NCBI GenBank assembly: GCA_963841565.1
Contig: CAWJCY010000003.1
Location: 160,001-224,000, forward strand
Reading direction: 5' to 3'
DNA: 64,000 nucleotides
Origin: an uncultured Nitrososphaerales archaeon
GTDB lineage: Archaea > Thermoproteota > Nitrososphaeria > Nitrososphaerales > Nitrososphaeraceae
Shown here: positions 30,238 through 41,393 of the stretch, in pieces
Position numbering within the stretch: position 1 is the first letter of the stretch
Layout: every line of letters begins with the position of its first letter
Notes under the pieces: model-generated
Database searches by the model: none
The model's input: the letters and a program-made list of their open reading frames with translations, nothing else
What the model was told of the DNA's origin: nothing
Made by a program: the position numbers and the translations under genes

Positions 30238-31474
30238 CTACCTTAGAATCCATGGTAATATGAAAGACACAGCTACTATTGTCACCATCACAAGCGTCAG
30301 GATTAGGGACGCGTTTCGAAAACGGGTGGAGCCTGCACTAACTTTTCTTTCGATTAGTGAGTTGTACAATTGCCCCCCATCGAGTGGACCTATTGGTAAT
30401 GCATTGAAAATGCCTACATTAAAGTTGATGAACCATAACCAAAAAAGGAAATTAGCAATAATTGGAAAGGCGGAGCCGAGCGTGGACGAATATCTGGATG
30501 CCATTAGATCAGAATAAGGCACTGAACCTTCAGCCATAGTGGGTGGGAGAAGAATCGCGATTGGGTTCGACCCGAAGGCACTCTTGTATCGACTAAGAAC
30601 AAATTCAGGATCTGGGGATACGTTAGTGATCGTGACGCCCAGGATACCTGTATTGGGTTGCACACTAGCAGGGATCGAGGCAGTTTTTGTAATTTCCTGA
30701 CCGCTAGTGTCCTTCCATGTTATTGGCACTCTATTACCTAAATTTGATTGAAGAAGCGTACTTAAGTCCTCAATGTGCTTTACCCTGTCCCCTTCGATAT
30801 TCACAATCACATCTCCCTTCTTCATACCAATCGAACTTGCAAGTGAACCATCACCTACAGTCATAATCTTAACTCCATATTGAGCGTCCTCCGGTTGTGG
30901 CAACGGGACGAGTGATGAGACCACTATATAGAGCAAACCAAGAGATAGTCCAGCCACTATCATATTGTTCATGGGACCTGCCGTGAGAATTGCGCTCTTT
31001 TCTTTTAGTTTAGTTCTAGCCAACTCTTCCCTTTCTATATTGACAAATGCTCCAATAGGGATACCCAAAATGAGCACTAATCCGGTAGACTCCACCTTCA
31101 CACCGTACACTCGAGCCTACGATTCCGTGTCCTGCCTCATGAATGATAATAGTTAGTACCAGGGCAATCCAGCCATAAGTCCATGGCAAATAAGGGTTTA
31201 GACCTGGGATAAGGAGGTTTGATTGAGGTCCTATATCCCTAACCCCTTCACGAGCTGCGCCATTGGAAAAGAGAACCATTAAGGAACCTATTATTAGAAA
31301 TACAGCTAGAGCAGTTATGAGAGGCATGAGATAAGTATTAAATCTTGCATAAATCTTGGCGATTTTACTACTTGCTACCTTATCAAAAAAACTTAGTCCA
31401 TACGGTGTATGAATAAGAATTAGTGGAAACTTAATCTCAGCCCGTACCTTGTTGCTTTGTGCTTGGTTTCCCAA
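30238..31474 (-). CDS. Site-2 (M50) metalloprotease with PDZ domain; +1 frameshift at ~31116
   Basis: IHEAGHG in the first segment; AGPMNN, PDZ and FNALPIGPLDGG in the second; removing one base yields HGIVARVYG. Confidence 0.88.
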
Positions 31475-31667
31475 CTTCTACTATAACGATATTTGGCTAT
31501 TTAAATGAAGTCATTAGCTTATTAGCTTATGACAGTTCACAACTAATTAGGAAGAAGCGTAAATTATGATATCGAACAATATGTCACTTAATTGTGAAGA
31601 TTATGGAATTTGAACACTAATATATTTAAATCAAAGATAACATTGTGAAACGGAATAGTAAGGATCA

Positions 31668-32396
31668 ATGTCTAGAACAGGAGAAAATCAAAGTCTGACT
31701 GAAAGTAATATCCTTGAAATTGAGAGAAAAAGGCTTTCTGAGCCTCCCATTGATGTTCTGTTTAATCCTTCTCTTATCTTGAAGAAAGATGCTTGGGATA
31801 TCGATGTTGTGTCAATGCTAAAAATGCTGCTGAATATCCTAGAAAGGATCCAAAATAAGGATTTAAGAATTTGTGGTGTTGCAGCCCTATCGTCATCGAT
31901 GATACACCGAATAAAAGTGGAGAGTATTTTCAAATTGCAAACTTTGTCCGAAAAGAAAAACAAACCAATAAGTCATGCGGACGAACTCCCTATAGAGTAT
32001 CTAAACCCTATCACAATACCATTTCGATACGAGTCAAGCTATCCTGTCTCGCTGCAGGAGCTTCTGTCTGTCCTAGAGAGCATGGTATCCACCCTCACCG
32101 AATCAGGGACACGGAAACCGCGCATAAATATAGAACCAGTTGAGGACTTTTCATTTGACGAATACTTTGTAAAAATAGAAGAAATCTTAGCGGAGTTCGA
32201 AACGATGATCCATAGTAGGCTTCTCGAAAATGAGTATGTTTTATTCAGTAATTTGATTTTAGATATGGACCCGCTATCGAGTGCTAGATGCTTCCTTGCA
32301 ATGTTGTATTTGGCCTTGAAGGGAAGCATCCATATAGAGCAAACTAATGGTAGTGAAGAAATCCTTTTATGGCGGGTTCGAGACGGTTCGCCGTAG
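31668..32396 (+). CDS. scpA: Segregation/condensation protein A (kleisin)
   Basis: AWDIDV, AALSSS, C-terminal ARCFLAMLYLA.KG wHTH; adjacent to scpB. Confidence 0.8.
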   Translation: MSRTGENQSLTESNILEIERKRLSEPPIDVLFNPSLILKKDAWDIDVVSMLKMLLNILERIQNKDLRICGVAALSSSMIHRIKVESIFKLQTLSEKKNKPISHADELPIEYLNPITIPFRYESSYPVSLQELLSVLESMVSTLTESGTRKPRINIEPVEDFSFDEYFVKIEEILAEFETMIHSRLLENEYVLFSNLILDMDPLSSARCFLAMLYLALKGSIHIEQTNGSEEILLWRVRDGSP

Positions 32397-32415
32397 GCGT
32401 AGTGTAAACACAGAG

Positions 32416-32946
32416 ATGAAAGTGAAGGAGAATGGGCTGTTGCAAGATGAAATTAGGGCTCGTATTGAAGTTGCTCTTTATTGTTCTGGGAAACCGTTGT
32501 CAGTCGATGAGCTTGTTAAGGCTTCAGGTATCACGTCGAGAGAAAAAACCATTCAAGTCATCACGGATTTGATGAATGTAATTAACTCTCAATTAAAGGC
32601 TTTAGAAATAGCTAGGTTAGAGGACGGCACTTTCGTCTTGCAAGTGAAACCCATCTATCTATCAATTGTTAGAAAGTTTTCACATCAGCCTATTTTGTCA
32701 CAAGCGTCTCTGAAGACCTTGTCTTATATTGCATACGAGCAGCCAGTTACCTCTACTCGGCTGGTACAAATTAGAGGTTCTCAGGTATATTCGCATCTGA
32801 AGGAATTGCATAGTCACGGATTCGTTAGACACGATGCATTAGGTAGATTGAAGGTATACAAGACAACTGAGAAATTTATAAGCTATTTTGGAATTCCGAA
32901 CATGGATTTGTTGAAAAGAAATCTGGTTACAACTGGTAAAGAGTAG
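32416..32946 (+). CDS. scpB: SMC-Scp complex subunit ScpB
   Basis: IEVALY, LKTLSYIAYEQPVT, IRG, YKTTEKF..YFG. Confidence 0.92.
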   Translation: MKVKENGLLQDEIRARIEVALYCSGKPLSVDELVKASGITSREKTIQVITDLMNVINSQLKALEIARLEDGTFVLQVKPIYLSIVRKFSHQPILSQASLKTLSYIAYEQPVTSTRLVQIRGSQVYSHLKELHSHGFVRHDALGRLKVYKTTEKFISYFGIPNMDLLKRNLVTTGKE

Positions 32947-33037
32947 TTCTTGGATACTTATAGTTATTGATTTATTTGCTGAAAGTATCTTACGTATTGA
33001 AAAGTATTAAATTACCCATTTTGGACGTTGGTCTATT

Positions 33038-33424
33038 ATGCGGAAGTCAATAGAGAACCTCACTGGCAGAAAATACACCGGGGGTAAGATTACTCCTCGC
33101 AGGAGTCGAAAGAAATATGAGACCGATAGATATCCTAATGAAGCATTAGTGGGTAAAAATATCTCAGTTTCACGGCGAACCAGAGGCGGAAATTATAAAA
33201 CTGCGTTGAAAAGTTCAGAATTTGCCAATGTAACAAACCCTGAAACTAGAAAGACTCAGAAGACACTTATTTCTCAAGTTATTCGAAACCCCGCAAATAG
33301 GGATTATGAAAGAAGAGGAGTGGTAAACAAGGGAGCAATAATTCAAACTGAGTTAGGTGTCGCAAGGGTAACATCCAGACCTGGACAAGACGGATGTGTA
33401 AACGCAATTCAAATTTCCCAATAG
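33038..33424 (+). CDS. rps8e: 30S ribosomal protein S8e
   Basis: RKYTGGK, RTRGGN.K, NPAN, KGAII.T.LG.A.VTSRPGQDG.VNA. Confidence 0.96.
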   Translation: MRKSIENLTGRKYTGGKITPRRSRKKYETDRYPNEALVGKNISVSRRTRGGNYKTALKSSEFANVTNPETRKTQKTLISQVIRNPANRDYERRGVVNKGAIIQTELGVARVTSRPGQDGCVNAIQISQ

Positions 33425-34061
33425 CTCGTTCGTACTTGATCTTGGTTAATTCACCCTTTTAATGTTGAGCATAACTCCCCGTTGGAGAAAACACAACAAT
33501 ATACGATTCCGTAAAATTTGTTGGGGGAAGCATCCTTCCTTCGAAATTTGTTAAAGAAGCAATTTAAGGCCTACCAAAACGCTTTACTGTTTTCCTGTCC
33601 GGGTATATAATGGCGCATCTTCAAAAACCTCTTTGAACGCTAATGAAATTCGATTTCGGCTAGCCTTTGCTAACTTCGATCGTGAAGTATCGCAACTTTA
33701 GTATCTTGAATCTACCACCTATCTCTGAAAAGGGTTTGAAACAGACGCGAATCGCGAAATAATGGTTCATCGGACTGGTATCTAACTTTATTTGTGTGCA
33801 AAGGCATCAATGCACCTTTGATATATTCATCAAGGTGAATTTGATTATATTGTTCCTCGATGCTATCAAATTCTTGAGAAATTAATAAGTGAAGTACCCC
33901 TCGGCATATTCGTATTTACCGACTTTGTTTTATGTTGGGAGACTTTGCTTCAAGTAGCCTTCTGTGAAATTGTCTTAGAATATAAAGGAAAGGATATTAG
34001 AGTGGTTATTGAAAGATAAGACGTTACTACGAGTATCGAAATCATAGCTCCACATGCCGCT

Positions 34062-34817
34062 TTGTCATTTAAGTACTATGGTGAGCCGGGTATCTCTCCC
34101 AAAAAGTACCTCGTTATCTCCGATCTTCACCTAGGTTTCGAGTACAATCTCGTGGAGAAAGGGATTCAAATAAATTCGAAATTCTTTACCCAACAAATAG
34201 TTTCAGAGGTACACGCAATAATAAGAGGTTTCAAACCCGATGGAATAATACTGCTTGGAGATATTAAAGATTCAATTCTCAATATTAACTCTATAGAATG
34301 GTATCATATACCTCGGTTCTTGAAGGATCTCACTGACGATTATCACGTCTATCTAATTCCGGGAAATCACGATGTCAAAATCGAAAGTTTGTCCCCAGCT
34401 GATGTGTCAATAGCTAGTACCACAGGGATTACAATAGGTGATACGCTCTTCTTACATGGTCATACGATGCCATCAAGTAAAAAATCAGCTGTAAACAAAA
34501 TAGTAATGGGACATTTGCACCCAGTTCTAAATAAGCCCGATAGCAACCTAAACGGTGAACGTGTTTGGATATTCCTAAGGGTTAAGAAAAGTTCTGTTTT
34601 CAAAAACGAAGAGGGGTACCTTGACTTAGTAACTATGCCTTCGATTAACAGATTTATCACTCCCTCCAATCACTTTAGGAGAAAGAACAGAATTGTTTCT
34701 ATGTCACCTATTATTAGAAACGCAACGAAATCTAATGACTATGTTAAACAGGCTTTAGTGGTTTGTTTGGACGGATATGTGTTGGGGGACGAAAGACTGC
34801 TTCCATTTGTAACTTGA
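34062..34817 (+). CDS. Calcineurin-like metallophosphoesterase
   Basis: SDLHLG, LLGD, PGNHD, LHGH, MGHLHP. Confidence 0.88.
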   Translation: MSFKYYGEPGISPKKYLVISDLHLGFEYNLVEKGIQINSKFFTQQIVSEVHAIIRGFKPDGIILLGDIKDSILNINSIEWYHIPRFLKDLTDDYHVYLIPGNHDVKIESLSPADVSIASTTGITIGDTLFLHGHTMPSSKKSAVNKIVMGHLHPVLNKPDSNLNGERVWIFLRVKKSSVFKNEEGYLDLVTMPSINRFITPSNHFRRKNRIVSMSPIIRNATKSNDYVKQALVVCLDGYVLGDERLLPFVT

Positions 34818-34885
34818 ATATCACCCAAATCTAAAGATGGTCAGCTCAAAGCAAAGGATCTTTGATTTAACCGACTTGTAATGGC

Positions 34886-37800
34886 CTATGATTCAAAGTA
34901 CTGCCTTAGGTAATCAAAGGTAGGTGTATGAGTCCTAATCCATTCCAATGTGTCAATAAATGTGGAAGCAGATTCAACCGTAGTTAGAACAGGTATTCCA
35001 AGTTCGACCGCCTTCCTGCGTATTTGATATTCATCATCTAGCATCCCAACGTATTTCTCGATTGTAGACGTGGATGGAATATTAATGATGAAATCTATCT
35101 GACGTCTAAAAAGCATTTCTGAAATATTGGGTTTTCTGAGAGGTTCGCTAATCTTGTATACCCTTTCAACTGGGCGAATGTTGAACTTTTCAATAAAATC
35201 TGCGGTGTGTTCTGTGGCAATAATTGAGTAACCCATGTTACCGATCTTTCGTGCAAGTGGAAGGAGTCTTTCCTTGTTAATAGGTCCACCTGCCGTTATC
35301 AAAACTCTGCCACTAAGTGGCAAATTGAAACCGGCCGCAACGTAGGCTTTCGACAGCGCGTCGTGAAAACTTGATCCAAAACAGGCTACTTCTCCTGTAG
35401 ATTGCATTTCAACACCAAGAACAATATCTGCGCCATCGAGCTGCATAAAAGAAAATTGAGGAACTTTTATGCCGAAACCAGACTTTCTTAACCAAATGTC
35501 GCCACGATCAACAGGCAGTTTCTTTCCTAAGATGGCTTGAGCCGCCAAGGATATTAGATTTAGGCCGGTGAATTTTGATACAAACGGCATTGACCTAGAA
35601 GCACGGACATTGGCTTCTATTACGAATACCTGACCGTTCTTTACCAAAAACTGTATATTGAAAGGTCCTATTATCTTCATAGCCATGCCAATTCTTTTAC
35701 TGTATTCAATGATCGTTTCTATAGTTTCTCTATTTAATCTCCAAGGAGGAATGCACATCATTGCGTCTCCCGAGTGTACGCCAGCGTTGTCGATATGTTC
35801 GATAACCGAACCAATTATAACGCAATGTCCGTCTCCTACTGCATCAACTTCCACTTCTGAAGCATTCTCCAAAAACTTCGTCATAACAATTGGGTGATCA
35901 GGGCTTACGTTTGTAGCCTCAGTCAAATATTTCTCTAACTGCTCTGGGGTCCAGACAACCTTCATTGCAGCACCGCTGAGCACATAGGAAGGTCTAACAA
36001 GTAGTGGGTATTTTACAATCTCTGCAAATGATCGTGCCTCATTTATGCTCGTAAATTTTTTCCAGGCAGGCTGTCTTATACCCAACGAATCAAGTAGCCT
36101 TCCGAACTTGGATCGATCTTCGGCCTGGTCTACACTCGCGGCAGATGTTCCTACAATGTTGATATTTGCAGAGGCTAACCTTGGAGTCAGTATATTTGCA
36201 GTCTGGCCCCCAACGCATGTCACTATCCCGTCAGAATTTTCTCTTTCGCAAATGTCCATTACTCTTTCATATGTTAGTTCCTCGAAATACAAGCGGTCGC
36301 AAATATCGTAATCGGTGGAGACGGTCTCAGGGTTACAGTTAATGATCGTGACTTCTTTGCAACCATTTTCCTTTAGACCCCAAACCATATTTACAGTGCC
36401 CCAATCAAATTCTACACTACTACCTATCCTGTATGGTCCAGCGCCTAAGACTATTACCTTTGAAGGCATACCCTCAGTTCGGGGCTTGCTAGCCTTCATA
36501 TTAGATATTAATGTCTTGTTTTTTATTTTTGAATCATAGTGAATGTCATCAAATTGGCCGCCATAAGTGAGATATAGATAGTTGGTCTTTGCTGGCCATT
36601 CTGCAGCCAAAGTGTCAATCTGTTTGGTAACAGGGCGAATCATCAACTTCGTTCTTAGTGATCTTACATCAATTTCATCAATGTTAGAGCAGTTGGCAAT
36701 TTGGACGTCTGAGAATCCCAGTTTCTTTGCTTCGAGCAGAATGCTCTTATCGAGACATGAAGTTCTCAGCTTCTTCTCAGTCTTGATTATTGTTTGAACC
36801 TTGTTTAGAAACCAAGGATCTATTGATGAGAGTGAGTTAATACGCTCCACAGACATGCCCACTTTCAATGCTCTTACCACATCAAAAAGGATCTCATCTG
36901 TCGGATGCAATAGAGCTTGTTCGAAGGATTCAATGTCATAATCTCCTATACTACTATTAATATTACTATTACTATTACTATTTTTATTTCTATTACTATT
37001 TTCAGTGCCAACTCTTATTGATGAAGACAACCCTACAGTGTTATATTGTTGCGAATTTGCACCTGGACTAGGAAGATTACTCGTGTTTTCCGGCAAATTT
37101 GGATCCAAAGTATTATTAGAATCCATTCCTTCTCTTTCTATAGATTCCGAAAGTGGCTTTCTTTCCTTACCTAAATTAGTTGTACCATAACTTTTTTCGG
37201 AAATAAATGTGGAAGAAGAATTATCACCTTCTGACCCATCAATATCAATCCTAGAATTGGAAACAAGGCCATGCTTTCCATTGTCGCACATTCTGATTGC
37301 CTTTTGAAGTACCTCTTCAAAGCTTCTGCCAATCGCCATTACCTCTCCAACTGATTTCATTGTGCTGCCCAGTCTCTTTTTTACTAATTCAAATTTCTTG
37401 AAATCCCATCTAGGCATCTTCAGTACAATGTAGTCTAATGAAGGCTCAAAGCAGGCTGTGGTGGCTTTCGTGACAGTATTAACTAATTCAGGGAGCGAGT
37501 AGCCTAAACTTATCTTAGCGGCCATGTATGCTAACGGATATCCGGTAGCCTTACTGGCCAATGCTGAGGATCTAGATAACCTCGCATTTACCTCGATAAC
37601 GCAATAATTTTCTGAACTGGGGTCAAGCCCGAACTGAATGTTGCACTCCCCGATGATATCACATTTCTTGGTAGCTTTCAAAGCGGCACTGCGAAGTTTA
37701 TGATATTCGTAGTTGTTTAGTGTCTGAGAAGGAGCCACGACAATGTTATCCCCCGTGTGAACCTTCATGGCTAAAACGTTCTCCATATTACATATTATTA

Positions 37801-38513
37801 CACTGTTTCCATGGTGGTCTCGCATGACTTCGTATTCAATCTGCTTCCAAGTTCCTACGTATTTTTCAATTAGAACCTGTCGAACTACGCTAAGCGAGAG
37901 TCCTCGTTGTACTATCTCCTGCAATTCGTAATCATTATAGGCAACACCACCGCCTCGTCCACCCAATGTATAGGCCACCCTTATAATTACCGGATACCCA
38001 ATCCGTCTGGCAATTTGTTGGGACACTTCGACAGAGTTCGCTGATGAGCTTTCAAGAACTGGAAGCCCACATTCAGCCATACTATCTTTGAAAAGTTGTC
38101 TATCTTCGGTGGTTTGAATACCGGGAATTTGAGTGCCTAATACCTTTATTCCATATTTCTTGAGGATCCCATTTTTCTCCAACGCAACGCCACAGTTTAA
38201 CGCTGTCTGGCCTCCAAAACTCAACATTATCGAATCTGGTCGTTCGAGTTCTATTATATTGGTCACATAGTCAAGGTTGACAGGCAAAAGATATACTCGA
38301 TCCGCGAATCTGCTATCGGTTTGAATAGTCGCAATATTTGGATTTATTAACAGAGTGTTTATGTTATCTTCCCTTAATGCTTTGAGGCATTGAGAACCAG
38401 AGTAATCGAAATGACGGTCTTCGGTTTACCGAATGACTTTCGCCTGCTTCTCCGATTTTTATTGCCCCGCTACCAAGGACTAGAACTTTCTTGATATTTT
38501 CATGTTTTCCCAA
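34886..38513 (-). CDS. carB: Carbamoyl-phosphate synthase large subunit; join(38439..38513, 34886..38410), 1199 aa after removal of a 28-nt intron
   Basis: Exon 1 from TTG (38513, preceded by AGGAG) encodes MGKHENIKKVLVLGSGAIKIGEAGE; exon 2 starts FDYSGSQCLKAL... in frame with ORF 34886..38287; two ATP-grasp halves and an MGS-like domain. Confidence 0.93.
36952..37000. repeat. Degenerate (TATTAC)n microsatellite encoding an Asn-Ser run inside a CarB insertion
   Basis: tactattaatattactattactattactatttttatttctattactatt. Confidence 0.65.
38411..38438 (-). other. Putative 28-nt archaeal BHB-type intron in carB mRNA
   Basis: Insert AGUCAUUCGGUAAACCGAAGACCGUCAU; 4-bp helix GGCG/CGUC flanked by 3-nt bulges AAA and AUU; canonical cut sites match the frame-restoring junction exactly. 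Confidence 0.88.
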
Positions 38514-38831
38514 TTCTCCTTTTCCCCTATAAATCCCACAGCATCCCAAATAATATTATTCTGCTCCGGGTTGAATAAATCTTCAGTAATTGAAAGCTCT
38601 ACATCCAAATTTTGATGCATTTCTCAAATATCAAATCATGAAGTGTTCCATATTACTGTATTCCTTTGTCCTAAAGCTGACCGAAACTAGTTGCAGAATT
38701 GAATCGTATCACCGTATCTTCATCTTCATCTACTACAGTAATAACGACTTCCTGCTCCTGCTGCTCAAATTAGTTAACTATCTATGCCAATAAGCTGGCT
38801 CAATACCCATATTCCGACTAAAGTTAGTTTG

Positions 38832-40064
38832 TTAGGTATTGCAACTCCCATGAGGTTTGTCTCTATGAGTAGTCAGCTTGTAGCAATTCTTGATAATGTC
38901 TCTGAATCTTTCGAAGACAAACATACAATCATAAGGCCCTGGAGAAGCCTCAGGGTGAAATTGTACGCCGATGATAGGTTTGGAATCATGTTGAATTCCT
39001 TCTATGGTCTCGTCATCGGGATTGTAAAACCAAGTAGTAAAATCTGTTTTCTGTAGGCTCAATGCATCTATCCCATAGCCATGATTTTGACTCGTTATGT
39101 AGGTAGTATTGTCGTTTTTGTCGATGCAGGGCTTATTTTGTCCTCGGTGGCCGTATTTTAGCTTGTATGTTTTAGCCCCGGCTGCTAGCGCCAGAATCTG
39201 ATTACCAAGACAAATACCTAATGTAGGTATCGATTCTTCAATTAGTTTTTTGGCCGTATTGATGGTTTCTGCGCAGATCTCAGGGTCGCCTGGTCCGTTG
39301 CTTATAACGACCCCTACTGGATCATATGCCTTCAGAGAATGATAATCAATATCCCAAGGTAGCCTGACTACTGAGAATCCCAAAGATAAGATGTTACGGA
39401 CTATACTAAACTTCGTTCCGGTATCCAATAGAACTATTCTCCTCTTGTTGGAGCTTTTGATATCCTCGATAACAGGATCATAAAACTCGGCTTCTTCAGT
39501 CGAAACCTCTGGCATAAAGTTCACCCCATCATAACTTGAACGTTCAAGTCGCTCTTTTATACTAGCCAAACTTAACTTAGTCCCATGGGCTGTTGACTTT
39601 ATTTCCCCGTCAACTGCGACAGACTTTCCAGCCCTTTTTGAACTACCTATTGCGTTGACGTTTATAGCACCCATCATAACTCCGTGTGCTCTAAGTCGTT
39701 TGGTTAATTCACGTGTATCAACTCCGTATATCCCCGGTATCTTTTGATCGTATAACCATTCATCGAGGGTCCTAATAGAACTCCAATGGCTTGCACTAGT
39801 TGAAAGATTATGAACAATCAATCCTCTGACCTGAATGGACATAGATTCGAAAAATCTAGGAAGTCCGAATTCATCTTTTAAGTTGAAATCAGGGACACCA
39901 TAGTTTCCAATCAGTGGATATGTTAGGCATAAAATTTGGCCTCTGTAAGAAGGATCTGTTAGTGTTTCAGTATATCCTACCATGCCCGTGTTAAAAACTA
40001 CTTCCCCTTCCACGTATGTTGGGTACCCAAATCCGATGCCCCTCATCGTCAATCCATCCTTCAA
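38832..40064 (-). CDS. carA: Carbamoyl-phosphate synthase small (glutaminase) subunit; N-terminus probably extends upstream of 40064
   Basis: GEVVFNTGMVGY.E.LTDPSY.GQI, SNGPGDP, GICLGNQ, GHRGQN, SQNHGY, QFHPEASPGP. Confidence 0.95.
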   Translation of the reverse strand: MKDGLTMRGIGFGYPTYVEGEVVFNTGMVGYTETLTDPSYRGQILCLTYPLIGNYGVPDFNLKDEFGLPRFFESMSIQVRGLIVHNLSTSASHWSSIRTLDEWLYDQKIPGIYGVDTRELTKRLRAHGVMMGAINVNAIGSSKRAGKSVAVDGEIKSTAHGTKLSLASIKERLERSSYDGVNFMPEVSTEEAEFYDPVIEDIKSSNKRRIVLLDTGTKFSIVRNILSLGFSVVRLPWDIDYHSLKAYDPVGVVISNGPGDPEICAETINTAKKLIEESIPTLGICLGNQILALAAGAKTYKLKYGHRGQNKPCIDKNDNTTYITSQNHGYGIDALSLQKTDFTTWFYNPDDETIEGIQHDSKPIIGVQFHPEASPGPYDCMFVFERFRDIIKNCYKLTTHRDKPHGSCNT

Positions 40065-40267
40065 TACGAGGCATCCCGCGAGCCCATATTCAGACCTGAT
40101 TAGAATGGTGAAATTTGAACCCTTCAGCCAGTTTGAATCGATGAGATTTAAACTTTCTTGTTAGTTAAGATTATCGAAGGCATTGAACGAGACCGTTTTC
40201 TAGCCATATTCTTTATCTATAAAAGACCCAACAAGCATTTTCAGGTAGCGAACAGGTTAAATGGAGT

Positions 40268-41249
40268 ATGCTTTACGTCTATACTATGAGAGACAGCGCT
40301 CTTGTATTCTATTCTCTACTCACCATTGTTATGATGTTTGCTACGTTCCAAGTGAGCACAACTTCAGAATCGGTATTTTTGTCTGAAGCTGGTGCCGTAA
40401 ATGATGCTTTTAGCGTGCAGGAAGTAAATTCTACAAATCACAAAAAAGATATTTTTGGTATATCCGAAATATACCCTACAGTTAGCGGAGGAAGAGAATG
40501 GTTCGTAAATATGACTAACCCGGCTAACAGTTCACACTTTAGTGAAACCGGAGGTTTTGAGCTAATTAAACAGAATGATGGTTCATGGAGAGTTAACTCT
40601 ACCCACGTTAGGTTGGTCGTTGAGACTCCGCAAAATATGACAGAGTGGAAGAACGTGGAAATCACTGGTTATGCGAAATTGAGCCTACTGAAAAATGTTA
40701 ACTCGACCTCATCTATCGATTCAAATTCCAACAGCACAACGACGAATAATAGTGATTCAGGAGAAATTGATGATTTTGCATTCATAGGTCGCAGTGGCAG
40801 ACATAGTTCGGTAGTTCCTTGTGAGGGGACCGCCTATGTCGGCGGTTTACACAAGGATGGTTCAGTTGGATGGAAGAAGGAGATTTGGCATACAGGTGGA
40901 TATACTGATGAACGGGCAATGAATATTGTCACGGAGCCAATATTAAATAGGTGGGTGGGATGGAAAGTGATAATTTATGACGTGCAGGTGAATAACCATA
41001 CGGCGGTAAAATTAGAATCATATCTCGATGACCATAATAATGACAGTTGGAAGAAGGTCACTGAAATAATCGACAACGGAGGGTGGTACTCGAAGAAGCT
41101 CGGATGAAGAGTTTTTCAGTGCGGACTGCGGGAAGGCGCGAGACCACATTATCGTCGAAGCTGGTCCTTTCGTAATATTTAGAACGGATAACCTTCTTCT
41201 TGATTTTAAGAATTTGAGTATAAGAGAGATTAATGCTCCATTGGCATAA
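40268..41249 (+). CDS. Secreted hypothetical protein (beta-rich, Trp-rich); +1 frameshift at ~41096
   Basis: N-terminal TM/signal; +1 frame continues SSDEEFFSADCGKARDHIIVEAGPFVIFRTDN...KNLSIREI to TAA at 41249. Confidence 0.7.
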
Positions 41250-41393
41250 TTGAATAGCACGGTATCATTTACAAGTACTTTCGTAAGTATCGATAGTGGA
41301 TTCATCCTATTTCGAATTCATGCGAACTTGCAAATCTAGCCCTTTTGATAAACTCTTCTGCTGGCAATTAGATAGCGCCACCAGTTAACTTGC

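Noticed and set aside
36940-37255. Intein in CarB
   Set aside because: No Cys/Ser-start block with His-Asn end and no endonuclease motifs; composition is low-complexity.
38364-38549. Independent 61-aa ORF or leader peptide upstream of carB
   Set aside because: It is carB exon 1 read through the unspliced insert into a wrong frame.
38549-38560. Palindrome AATAATATTATT upstream of carB as an operator
   Set aside because: Pure A/T 12-mer in an AT-rich genome, with no second copy noticed at carA; not enough support.
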